A stretch of 64,000 nucleotides of DNA, taken from assembly GCA_964645795.1 (NCBI GenBank), contig CAZYCL010000002.1, positions 16,352 through 80,351 of the forward strand, given 5' to 3'. The notes beneath the pieces are model-generated. The model was not told where the DNA came from. It ran no database searches and saw only the letters and a list, made by a program, of their open reading frames with translations. Below, one piece after another: positions 19,496 to 27,660 of this stretch. A program made the translations under genes and the position numbers. Source of the stretch: an uncultured Planctomycetales bacterium. GTDB lineage: Bacteria > Omnitrophota > Gorgyraeia > Gygaellales > Profunditerraquicolaceae. The first letter of the stretch is position 1. Every line of letters starts with the position of its first letter.

Positions 19496-22038
19496 TATCC
19501 GGTCTCCTCCATGTCTAACCAGTTTTTCCCTTTCTTGACACTCACCCTCACCGGGACATCCAGCCCCAGCACATTTTCCATCCTGTCTTTGGCCAATTCC
19601 CTGAAACTTAACAGCTCTTTTTCCGGCACGTCGAAGACCAGCTCGTCATGTATCTGCAGGATCATCCTGGACTTCAATCCCTTTTCCTTGATCAATCTGT
19701 GTATATCGACCATCGCCAGCTTTATCAGGTCGCTGGCAGAACCCTGTATAGGGGTATTTATGGCCTGGCGTTCGGCGAACTGACGGATACCCGGGTTTTT
19801 GTTGTTTATATCCGGTATATACCTCCTGCGGCCGAGGATCGTGGTAACGAACCCGGCTTTACGCGCCCTCTCCACCTGCTCTTCCATGTACAGCTTGACG
19901 CCGGGGTAGCGGATAAAATAAGCATCGATGAAACTCTGGGCCTCTGAGGCGGAAATACCCAGGTCCCGGGAAAGCCCGTAAGCGGTCAAGCCGTAGACGA
20001 TGCCGAAGTTCACGCGCTTGGCCGTCTCGCGCAGGTCTTTAACGACCTGGCTTTCCTCCAGGCCGAAGATGAGGGCGGCGGTCGCCTTATGGATATCCTT
20101 GTCATCCCTGAAAGCGGATACAAGGCGCTGGTCCTTGGATATGTGCGCCAGTATCCTTAATTCTATCTGAGAATAATCGCAGGATAAAAGACAGCTATGC
20201 TCCGACAGCGGGACCACCGCCTGCCTTATCCTGCGGCCGATCTCGGTCTTGACCGGGATGTTCTGCAGGTTCGGATTAGCGGAGCTCAAGCGTCCGGTCT
20301 CGGTGCCCGTCTGATTAAAAGACGAGTGCACCCTGCCCGTGGCCGGATCAACCAGCTGCGGAAGCGCGTCTATATAAGTATTCTTAAGCTTTGTCAGCTG
20401 CCTGTATTCGAGCAACAAAGAGGGCAGCTTGTGTTTATCCGCCAGCCTCCTTAAAACCTCTTCGTCGGTGGAGGGGCCGGTCTTGCTTCTTTTTATTACC
20501 GGAAGCTTCAATTTTTCGAATAAGACCGAGGCCAGCTGCTTGGGGCTGTTAATATTGAACTGGGTGCCGCTGGACTCGTAGATATCGGCGATCAAACCTA
20601 TCAGCTTTTTCTCGATCTGGGAAGAAAGTCCCTTGAGCAGCTCCAGGTCCAGCTTTATCCCGCAGCTCTCCATCTCCGCCAGGACTTCTTCCAGGGGCAT
20701 CTCCAACTCGAAAAAAAGCTTGGACAAAGACTTCTCGCCCAGCTTATCTTCAAGCCCGGGCCTTAAGCGGATGATCGCATCCAGGGCCTGCCCTGAAGCA
20801 AGCCGGCGCGTATCCAAGCGCTCCTGGAGATAATCCCAGGCCAAATCCTCTATCCTGTATGCGGAGCTTGAAGGGTCTAGCAGCCAGGCGCAGATCATGG
20901 TATCAAAATATAATCCCTGTAAGCATATGCCTTCTTTTTCAAAATCTACCTTTATGGCTTTAAGGTCGTGGCCGAGCTTTTTTATCCGCGGATCGGAAAA
21001 CAGCTCTTTTAGGGCAGCGGTTGAGCGCGGGCGGCAAAGACTATCCTGCGCGCCCAATACAAGGCTACCACCCTCCTCTCTCCAGATATAAAGCTCCTTT
21101 GACTGGCGGGCAAGCCTGTCAATCTCGTCCTCCTGCACCGGCTTTAGTCCCCCTTCGCCACTCTTTTCCTGCGGCGCGGGTATTTCTTTTAAAAACTTCT
21201 TGAACTCCAGGCGCTTGAATATCCTGAAGAGCGCCTCGTAATCGGGGGGCTTGGCCTTGAGCTTCTCGGGATCGAAATCAAGTTCCAGCCTGTCGTTGAG
21301 ACCGACCAGCTCCCGGTTAAGCTTGAGCATATCCAGATGCGCGTTTACGCAATCGCGCGTCTTTTCCTTTTTTATCCTGTCCCGGCCCTTAATAAGGGCT
21401 TCCAGCGAGCCGAACTCCCGGATAAGCGCGCTCGCCGTGACCTGGCCTATCCCGGGCAGATTTGGGATATTGTCAACCGAATCCCCCATAAGCGAGATCA
21501 TATCCGGGATCTGGCGGGGAAGCAGGCCGTAGACCTGCCGGACTTTCTTTTCATCGAAAAGCATATCCTGCTGCTTATTGGGGCTTAATACGCTGACGTC
21601 TTTATCTACCAACTGCAGCATATCCTTATCAGAGCTTACGATGACTACCTTAAAGCCCTTTGACTTGGCTTGAACGGCAAGCGTGGCGATGACATCATCG
21701 GCTTCAAAGCCTTCTTTCTCAAAGATCGCCATGCCGTAAGCAGAGATGATCTCTTTAATATAAGGAAATTGGCTGGTTAGCTCATCCGGCGCCGCAGGCC
21801 TGTTTATTTTATACTCGGCGAACTTCTTCTGCCTGAAGGTATCCCGGGAGACATCGAAACACACCCCTATATATGCACAATCGTAATCCCTGAGCAGCTT
21901 CTTGAGCATCCCCACGAACCCGTATATGGCGCTGGTGGGCTGGCCGAAAGAGGTAGAAAGATTCTGCCTCTGCAGGGCGTAAAACGCGCGGTAACAGAAA
22001 GCTGTGGCGTCAATCAGGTATACTTGCCTTGATCCCAT
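19495..22038 (-). CDS. polA: DNA polymerase I
   Basis: 847 aa with a 5'-nuclease N-terminus, a 3'-5' exonuclease-like middle region and polymerase motifs A/B/C (DYSQIELR, RRxxKxxNFGxxYG, HDE). Confidence 0.9.
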   Translation of the reverse strand: MGSRQVYLIDATAFCYRAFYALQRQNLSTSFGQPTSAIYGFVGMLKKLLRDYDCAYIGVCFDVSRDTFRQKKFAEYKINRPAAPDELTSQFPYIKEIISAYGMAIFEKEGFEADDVIATLAVQAKSKGFKVVIVSSDKDMLQLVDKDVSVLSPNKQQDMLFDEKKVRQVYGLLPRQIPDMISLMGDSVDNIPNLPGIGQVTASALIREFGSLEALIKGRDRIKKEKTRDCVNAHLDMLKLNRELVGLNDRLELDFDPEKLKAKPPDYEALFRIFKRLEFKKFLKEIPAPQEKSGEGGLKPVQEDEIDRLARQSKELYIWREEGGSLVLGAQDSLCRPRSTAALKELFSDPRIKKLGHDLKAIKVDFEKEGICLQGLYFDTMICAWLLDPSSSAYRIEDLAWDYLQERLDTRRLASGQALDAIIRLRPGLEDKLGEKSLSKLFFELEMPLEEVLAEMESCGIKLDLELLKGLSSQIEKKLIGLIADIYESSGTQFNINSPKQLASVLFEKLKLPVIKRSKTGPSTDEEVLRRLADKHKLPSLLLEYRQLTKLKNTYIDALPQLVDPATGRVHSSFNQTGTETGRLSSANPNLQNIPVKTEIGRRIRQAVVPLSEHSCLLSCDYSQIELRILAHISKDQRLVSAFRDDKDIHKATAALIFGLEESQVVKDLRETAKRVNFGIVYGLTAYGLSRDLGISASEAQSFIDAYFIRYPGVKLYMEEQVERARKAGFVTTILGRRRYIPDINNKNPGIRQFAERQAINTPIQGSASDLIKLAMVDIHRLIKEKGLKSRMILQIHDELVFDVPEKELLSFRELAKDRMENVLGLDVPVRVSVKKGKNWLDMEETG

Positions 22039-22093
22039 TCAAATTTATCCGGAAATTCACCAATTTAGGAAGGAATCCTGCGGTTGTGGTTTG

Positions 22094-22870
22094 CTATCTG
22101 GTCAAAAGCCTCTTCTGGACCTTCTCGATGAAGTTATCGATCGCCTTATTTTTGGGGTCAAGCAGGTGCGCATCGATAGCCTGACTTAAAGCCTTTACCT
22201 CTTCTCCTTTTTTGAAGCTTTCCTTTGCCATGGTAAAGAGGTCCCTGGACTGCTCATGCGTATCCTTTCGCAGCACCTCTTTCTTCTGCTCGACTTCGCG
22301 TATCAGCCCCAGGACCTGCCTTTCCTTGCTTTCTTCCGGGCTGACAGATGTAATCAACCCTATATCGACGCATCTGGCCCTGGCCTTCTCGGTCCAGGGG
22401 TCATTGGCTAAGCCAAGGTCGGCTCTTTTCTTCCAATAATATGCCGCCTTGTCCAGGTCGCGTTTAGTCTCGTAGAAAAGCGCAAGGTTTGAGTAGGCGC
22501 TTAGGAAATTCGGGTCCGTCTTTATCGACTGCAGATATGAGTTTTCCGCGCGCTCTAACTCTCCGTTAGCCTCATAGATGATACCCAGGTCATTATAAGC
22601 TATTGCGTAGGCCGGATCAAGCTCTACCGCTTTCTGATAATAGGCCAGGGCCTTGCGCAGATCTCCCAGATTCTGAACCTGGAGCCCCTGCTGCCGGTAA
22701 ATCCTGGCCTGCTCCTGCTGCATCGAAAGCTGCGGCTCGCTCCTGTCCGTTTTTGTGCCGCCGGCAACGGCCTCGGCAGAAAACAGAAAAAAGAAGATCA
22801 GCGGCGCATATCCGCAGGCAAATAATGAAGTTATAAATTTTGTTTTCTTGGGGAGGGGCGGAATGAACAT
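22094..22870 (-). CDS. TPR-repeat protein with an N-terminal signal or lipoprotein-like sequence
   Basis: Hydrophobic N-terminus with a Cys (LFACGY) followed by several 34-aa TPR units (AYYQKAVELDPAYAIAYNDLGIIY...). Confidence 0.7.
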   Translation of the reverse strand: MFIPPLPKKTKFITSLFACGYAPLIFFFLFSAEAVAGGTKTDRSEPQLSMQQEQARIYRQQGLQVQNLGDLRKALAYYQKAVELDPAYAIAYNDLGIIYEANGELERAENSYLQSIKTDPNFLSAYSNLALFYETKRDLDKAAYYWKKRADLGLANDPWTEKARARCVDIGLITSVSPEESKERQVLGLIREVEQKKEVLRKDTHEQSRDLFTMAKESFKKGEEVKALSQAIDAHLLDPKNKAIDNFIEKVQKRLLTR

Positions 22871-22883
22871 TTGTATTGAAATT

Positions 22884-22911
22884 ATTATACTCTAACCGCT
22901 TGTTACGTCAA
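22884..22911 (-). promoter_or_regulatory. Putative sigma70 promoter (TTGACG-16-TATAAT) giving a near-leaderless TPR mRNA; the 6-bp palindrome CGCTTG..CAAGCG overlaps the -35
   Basis: The reverse complement of 22884-22889 is TATAAT and that of 22906-22911 is TTGACG. The ATG at 22870 is only 13 nt after the -10. Confidence 0.3.
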
Positions 22912-22933
22912 GCGAAATTTGAAAGTATATATA

Positions 22934-23848
22934 TTATCTGGCTTCAAGGCCTTGCACGCAATCTATGACTGAACCATCTTTCCTGAATCCGAGCCGGTAC
23001 GCTGCCACTTTTGAGGCGATTTGCGAACAAAGAACGACTTGCTTGGCCAGCCTTTCCCTGTCCCAGAAGGCCGCAAAGATATACGAAGAAAGCGTTCTGA
23101 AGGCGCAAGCCGCAGGAACTCCGGTGATCCTGTTTTTGCGGCAATGGTAAATGAAAAAGATCTTTTTAAGAAGGGCGCTGCCGGTTATGGATGCGGAGTA
23201 ATCGCTGAAGTTGCCGTGCCAGGGCGTGCCGTGCATAAGAAATCCGCCCTTGCCTGCGGTGATCAGCACGCGGTCGTCGTTAAAAACGCGGGCATTCGAA
23301 GACCTCCCCCATATACCGGCGATGGTAGATTTGCCTGCCCCGGAACGGCCGCAGAAGATCATGCCGCTGGCTTTCTTTTTGTCTATCCCGGCGCAGTGCA
23401 CGATCACTCCGCCCCTATCCGCATAATAACCGATGAGCATGATATGGATGCAATCGTAAATGAGGTCTTCGCACGACCAACCAAAGCGTTTTTTACCGCC
23501 GTCCATATAAACCGCGGCCTTCCTGTAATCCGGGGTTAAGACCATCACCTTCTTCCTGGCGGCAAGGCGCTGCCGGAAGATAAAATACCCGTCTTTTTTG
23601 AATGCCTGCCAAGCGGTCTTGTCCCTTAAAGGATGGATAGTGGTAAACACGGGTTTAGCGCCTTTAAGCAGGTCTGACGGCAGGTCGCTCTTGGGCATTA
23701 TCCGCATACTGCACTGCGAAGGCTGGCGCCCCCGGTAAATAAAGCGCGGGTACTTGAGGAAAGCCGGCGCATCTTTGATGTCGGAGCGGGCACGCTCGCT
23801 CTCCAGCCGCAACACAACATCCCCGATCTTAAGCCTTACTGTTTTCAC
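22934..23848 (-). CDS. HprK-fold P-loop kinase-like protein, last gene of the peptide-maturation operon
   Basis: P-loop GRSGAGKST preceded by GVIVHCAG and followed by NDDRVLI, matching the arrangement of the HPr kinase C-terminal domain. The start is set at a GTG that overlaps the upstream TGA as GTGA. An alternative ATG at 23944 would overlap rSAM-3 by 100 nt. Confidence 0.6.
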   Translation of the reverse strand: MKTVRLKIGDVVLRLESERARSDIKDAPAFLKYPRFIYRGRQPSQCSMRIMPKSDLPSDLLKGAKPVFTTIHPLRDKTAWQAFKKDGYFIFRQRLAARKKVMVLTPDYRKAAVYMDGGKKRFGWSCEDLIYDCIHIMLIGYYADRGGVIVHCAGIDKKKASGMIFCGRSGAGKSTIAGIWGRSSNARVFNDDRVLITAGKGGFLMHGTPWHGNFSDYSASITGSALLKKIFFIYHCRKNRITGVPAACAFRTLSSYIFAAFWDRERLAKQVVLCSQIASKVAAYRLGFRKDGSVIDCVQGLEAR

Positions 23849-24894
23849 GATGCCGTCCTTTGCGCGCAGGCCTGCGCCAGATCGCAATAATAGGCAACCG
23901 CTTTGTGCATATCGCCGCTCTCCAGAAGCGCCCTTCCCGGACAACGCCTGCAGCTATCCAGAAACTGGCAGGGCGCGCACGGTGAATCTTTTCTAAAATC
24001 CTGGCTGATAAGCCGGCTCAACGCCCTCATCCCTTTTTCAATCCCGTACCTGCCCAGATCGAAGCTGGGGGTTCTCACGGCAGTGCAGAGAAACATCCTG
24101 CCGCAGGGATCTACGCCAAAGCCGTCTCTTGCGGCATTGCACCTGAATAGCCTGCGGTTGCGGCCTTTGGGAGCTTGGTTTGCGCCCCTGCAAAACTCCG
24201 TATCCAGGCCCAATGAACCGTCCAAGCGGATTAAACTCGACGCATCCAGGCGGAGCGCGCAGACAGAGCTGTCGCGGTCAAGACGCGGCAAGATCAATGA
24301 CGATACCTGGTAGCCACAGCCGAGGCCGGCGGCAAAACTTTTGATCCGGTTCAACTCCTGATGGTTATCCTTTAACGCCATGCTTTTTATCTTAAAAGCG
24401 ATACCCGAAGCTTTAAGCATCCCGATCGAAGCCATGACCCTTTTGAGCACTCCCCGCCCGCCGGATATCCGGTCCAGCTTATGCGGATCAAGGCTGTTAA
24501 GCGTCAGCTCCACGCAAAAAGGCTTATGCATCTCTAAGACCCCGATCACCTCTTTATCGATAAGCATGCCGCTGGTGAATACCGTAATGATAAAACCCTT
24601 GCTGTGGGCATAAGCATAAATATCCGCAAAGTCGCTTCTGGCTAAAGGGTCTCCGCCGGTAAGGCCCAGCCAGAGTATGCCGTAATCATAAAGCTTATCC
24701 AGGACGGCGAACACCTTCTTTGTGGAAAGCTGGCGCCTTATAAATTGCCTGCGGTTGTAACAGTCGCTGTAACAATACCGGCAGTGCAGCGGGCAGGCAA
24801 AGGTCAGCTCAAACTGGCAGAGGGCCGGCCGCCCAAGCCTGCGGCTTGCCTTATGCGCCTGAAAGCTGAAATCTTTATACTCGAGATTGCGCAT
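23845..24894 (-). CDS. Radical SAM/SPASM-domain peptide-modifying enzyme, paralog 3
   Basis: CPLHCRYC (CxxxCxxC) near the N-terminus and a Cys-rich C-terminal SPASM region (CNAARDGFGVDPCGRMFLC...CAPCQFLDSCRRCPGRA). The start is set at the MRNLEYKDF Met, homologous to the starts of the two paralogs. Confidence 0.8.
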   Translation of the reverse strand: MRNLEYKDFSFQAHKASRRLGRPALCQFELTFACPLHCRYCYSDCYNRRQFIRRQLSTKKVFAVLDKLYDYGILWLGLTGGDPLARSDFADIYAYAHSKGFIITVFTSGMLIDKEVIGVLEMHKPFCVELTLNSLDPHKLDRISGGRGVLKRVMASIGMLKASGIAFKIKSMALKDNHQELNRIKSFAAGLGCGYQVSSLILPRLDRDSSVCALRLDASSLIRLDGSLGLDTEFCRGANQAPKGRNRRLFRCNAARDGFGVDPCGRMFLCTAVRTPSFDLGRYGIEKGMRALSRLISQDFRKDSPCAPCQFLDSCRRCPGRALLESGDMHKAVAYYCDLAQACAQRTAS

Positions 24895-25972
24895 CTTTCT
24901 TCTTGCGGACAAGGTCCCTGGTAAACTGCGCCTGCTTACGGTAATACGGGTCGCAGCTGAAAAAACTGCCGTCATTAAGGTAGGCCCTGGCCGGACACCA
25001 GCAGCAGTAATCGAATACATCGCAGCTCAAACACTCCCAATCAACAGGCGGTTTTATGCGGTCACAAGAAGCCTTGAGCTCCTGCCATCCGGCGGCAAGC
25101 CCTCCCCGCAGTATATCGTAGCCCGGATAATCTATCTGAGTACAAAAGTTCATCCTGCCGCAGGCATCCACGCTAAAATGCGATTGCGCCACGCCGCAGT
25201 TAAAGATGCTTTCTTTGAACCTGCGCCTTGACACAACCGGCCCGTTCTTTTTGCCTGTGCCCGGATTATTGAACATTTCCGGATAGCAGGCCCGGCGCAA
25301 TAAATAGCTCTCTTTGGGCGAAAGCATCCGGCGCATATGCGTCTTTGAACCGTCCAGGCGCGGCAAGAGCTCATTATCCAGGCGATAAATCACGCCGAGC
25401 TTGCGGGCAAAGGCGTTGACCTTGGGTATCTGGGATACATTATCCTGCATGCCGCAGGATTTTAGGGAAAAAGGCACCTTGTTCCTGCGCAATAATCTTA
25501 TGGCCCTGAAGACCTTTTCCGCCGAGCCCCTGACCCCGCTTATCGAATCAAATATTTTTTCATCCATCGCATGGACCGTTATGTCGACCTTATTCAAAGA
25601 TAACCTGCCCAGGGCCGCAGCCGTCTTTTCATCGATGAGCGAGGCATTGGTCAGGACGATCGTCTGCAAACCCAGCCTTTTGGAGTAATCGAGTATATCG
25701 AAGATATCTTTTCGTAAAAAAACCTCTCCCCCGGTAAATCCGACAAAGATGACCCCGATATCCCTCATCTGTTCCAATATAGAAAATACCTGCCGCCCGG
25801 AAAGCTCTTTGCCGGCCTTTAGAGACCTTCTTTCCGGAGGCAGGTAACAATGGAGGCATTGGAAGTTGCAGCGGTAGGTCAGCTCAAAGGCCGCCCTCAA
25901 CGGCAGCCTTTGCTCTAGCGAGACGCTCGATAGGCCCCTTACAAACTCCTTATAATCAAGCTCTTTTATCAT
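24875..25972 (-). CDS. Radical SAM/SPASM-domain peptide-modifying enzyme, paralog 2
   Basis: CNFQCLHC motif and SPASM cysteines (CGVAQSHFSVDACGRMNFC...CLSCDVFDYCCWCPARA). It overlaps paralog 3 by 20 nt. Confidence 0.8.
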   Translation of the reverse strand: MIKELDYKEFVRGLSSVSLEQRLPLRAAFELTYRCNFQCLHCYLPPERRSLKAGKELSGRQVFSILEQMRDIGVIFVGFTGGEVFLRKDIFDILDYSKRLGLQTIVLTNASLIDEKTAAALGRLSLNKVDITVHAMDEKIFDSISGVRGSAEKVFRAIRLLRRNKVPFSLKSCGMQDNVSQIPKVNAFARKLGVIYRLDNELLPRLDGSKTHMRRMLSPKESYLLRRACYPEMFNNPGTGKKNGPVVSRRRFKESIFNCGVAQSHFSVDACGRMNFCTQIDYPGYDILRGGLAAGWQELKASCDRIKPPVDWECLSCDVFDYCCWCPARAYLNDGSFFSCDPYYRKQAQFTRDLVRKKKDAQSRV

Positions 25973-27039
25973 TATCCTTTTAGGTCCAAACCCGAAAGCT
26001 GCCTCTTTCTGGCCTTAGCCAGGCGGCAGTAGTAGGGCACCGGCGCATGGTTATCTGCGGTCTCCAGATACGCGCGCTCAGGGCACCAACTGCAGTAAAC
26101 CCGCAGCCTGCAGCCTGAGCATTTTGACGCCTTGCGAAAAACCTCTTGGCTTAATCCTGCCAATTTTTTATAAAAAGCCCGCTTAAAGCCTGTCTTTAGC
26201 AGGCTTGATGAACGCTTGGAGCTTATATTGCAGAACTGCAGCCTGCCGTCGGGAGTCAGGAAGAACGAATACTGCCAGCTGTTGCAAAAGTACAGGAACC
26301 TGCCGGGCCTGGACCTTTTGCGTATCTGATGGCTGCTCTCGAGTAACTGCTTGCACATCTGGGCATCTTTTTCTTCTATAGAAATTATCTCTTTGGGCTC
26401 CAGCCTCCACAGGCAAGGCGTTTTATCTCGGTTAAGGCGCGGGAAAACAAATGCATCGAATTTGAACCTCCCCTTTCCCAAAAGCTTTTCGCTGAAAGCC
26501 TTAAGCCTGAGAACGTCATCTTTATTATGCTTTAGGCCGATGCATTTTACCACTGCGGGTATCCCTGCCTTTTTCAGGGCACCAAGCGCAGTCACGCTTT
26601 TATTAAACGAGCCACCAACCCCGGTAACCGATTCATGCGTTGCGGCGCTAGAACCGTAGAGGCTCACCTCTACCGCAAAAGGGGGATGCTGCCTGAAAAG
26701 ATCAAGGAGCTCATTGTTTATAAGCGTAGCATTGGTGAAGACCGTGACCAGAAAGCCTTTCTTTAAGGCGTACCTGTAGATGGCCGGGAAATCTTTATGT
26801 AAAAGCGGCTCTCCTCCGCTAAAGGTTAGCCACAGGCAGCCTCCGGACCTTATATCATCGAGGATCTTTTTCCATCGGCCAAACCCCAGCTCCCTCAAAG
26901 ATACCAGCGGCTTACCATGGTCACAGGTAAAACAATGCACGCATTTAAGGTTGCAGCGGTAGGTAAGGTTAAGGGTGGCTTCCAACGCTCCTTTATTCTG
27001 GCAAGCGCAGGCAAACTGGCGGTAGGCTAACTCCTGCAT
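25972..27039 (-). CDS. Radical SAM/SPASM-domain peptide-modifying enzyme, paralog 1
   Basis: CNLKCVHC motif and SPASM cysteines (CNSWQYSFFLTPDGRLQFC...CSGCRLRVYCSWCPERA). Its stop overlaps the paralog-2 start as TAATG. Confidence 0.8.
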   Translation of the reverse strand: MQELAYRQFACACQNKGALEATLNLTYRCNLKCVHCFTCDHGKPLVSLRELGFGRWKKILDDIRSGGCLWLTFSGGEPLLHKDFPAIYRYALKKGFLVTVFTNATLINNELLDLFRQHPPFAVEVSLYGSSAATHESVTGVGGSFNKSVTALGALKKAGIPAVVKCIGLKHNKDDVLRLKAFSEKLLGKGRFKFDAFVFPRLNRDKTPCLWRLEPKEIISIEEKDAQMCKQLLESSHQIRKRSRPGRFLYFCNSWQYSFFLTPDGRLQFCNISSKRSSSLLKTGFKRAFYKKLAGLSQEVFRKASKCSGCRLRVYCSWCPERAYLETADNHAPVPYYCRLAKARKRQLSGLDLKG

Positions 27040-27049
27040 AGGAAAGGTA

Positions 27050-27331
27050 TTAAACCAACGCTTTTATGTCTTTGAGGTCTTTAAGGAAAGGTGTCAGGGA
27101 CGCATCCAGTGTTTCCGGCCCCACCGCGTACTCTCTGAGGATTATCCTTTTTATCGAAAAAATATCCTTTTTCCCGTCGAACAGGCTCCAGATGCGGGCG
27201 CCGACGGCATCGAGGGTGTATATACAGTCTGCGTCTTTTGAGCTCTTATAAAGCGGGACCAGGATCGTTTCCTGTCCGAAAACGCGGGTAACGACCTCCG
27301 GGTTTTTCTTATATATATAGGAGTCTTTCAT
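27050..27331 (-). CDS. PqqD-family peptide chaperone (stand-alone RRE domain)
   Basis: 93 aa with the typical PqqD pattern (...ETILVPL...YTLDAVGARIWSLFDGKKDIFSIKRIILREY...LDASLTPFLKDLKDIKAL). Confidence 0.7.
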   Translation of the reverse strand: MKDSYIYKKNPEVVTRVFGQETILVPLYKSSKDADCIYTLDAVGARIWSLFDGKKDIFSIKRIILREYAVGPETLDASLTPFLKDLKDIKALV

Positions 27332-27361
27332 TAGGCGGGTACTTGCGTCCGGCTCCGTTCT

Positions 27362-27583
27362 TTAGGTGTTTACCGCGCTTATCGAGCCGCCGGTACCGCA
27401 ATTGTTGATCCAGCACATCGAACCGACAGGATTATTGAATACCGACTTGGTACCGACCGAACAACAGGCCAGGACCGCCTGCTCGGGATTAAGCCTGATC
27501 CTGGTGATCTCTGGATTGCGCCAGGCTTTTTTGGCTGGGGACTTCTGCCTTGCGCTTCGATGACCGCTCTTGCTGGTCGGCAT
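27362..27583 (-). CDS. Candidate RiPP precursor peptide of 73 aa, with a basic PqqA-like leader and a Cys/Gly/Ser-rich C-terminal core
   Basis: The ATG is preceded by AAAGGA-N8. The leader segment KKAWRNPEITRIRLNPEQAV resembles the PqqA recognition motif W-x-x-P-x-h-x-x-h-R-L-x-x-E. The core is CCSVGTKSVFNNPVGSMCWINNCGTGGSISAVNT. The gene lies 30 nt upstream of the PqqD gene. Confidence 0.5.
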   Translation of the reverse strand: MPTSKSGHRSARQKSPAKKAWRNPEITRIRLNPEQAVLACCSVGTKSVFNNPVGSMCWINNCGTGGSISAVNT

Positions 27584-27624
27584 AGATGATCCTTTGTAAT
27601 AAGGCTGGATGCTTACCTAGTTAT

Positions 27625-27653
27625 ATTTTAATGTATGGCCAAATAAAGGTCAA
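27625..27653 (-). promoter_or_regulatory. Near-consensus sigma70 promoter (TTGACC-17-TAAAAT) driving the precursor/PqqD/rSAM/kinase operon
   Basis: The reverse complement of 27648-27653 is TTGACC and that of 27625-27630 is TAAAAT, with an exact 17-nt spacer. The precursor ATG is about 40 nt downstream. Confidence 0.45.
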
Positions 27654-27660
27654 GTATAAA

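Noticed and set aside
22038-22104. Possible promoter or terminator between polA and the TPR gene
   Set aside because: The spacer is only 55 nt, with no recognisable -35/-10 pair or hairpin; left unannotated.
27366-27563. 65-aa plus-strand ORF overlapping the candidate precursor gene
   Set aside because: It has no SD and no coherent operon context. The minus-strand ORF has the SD, the promoter and the PqqA-like leader motif.
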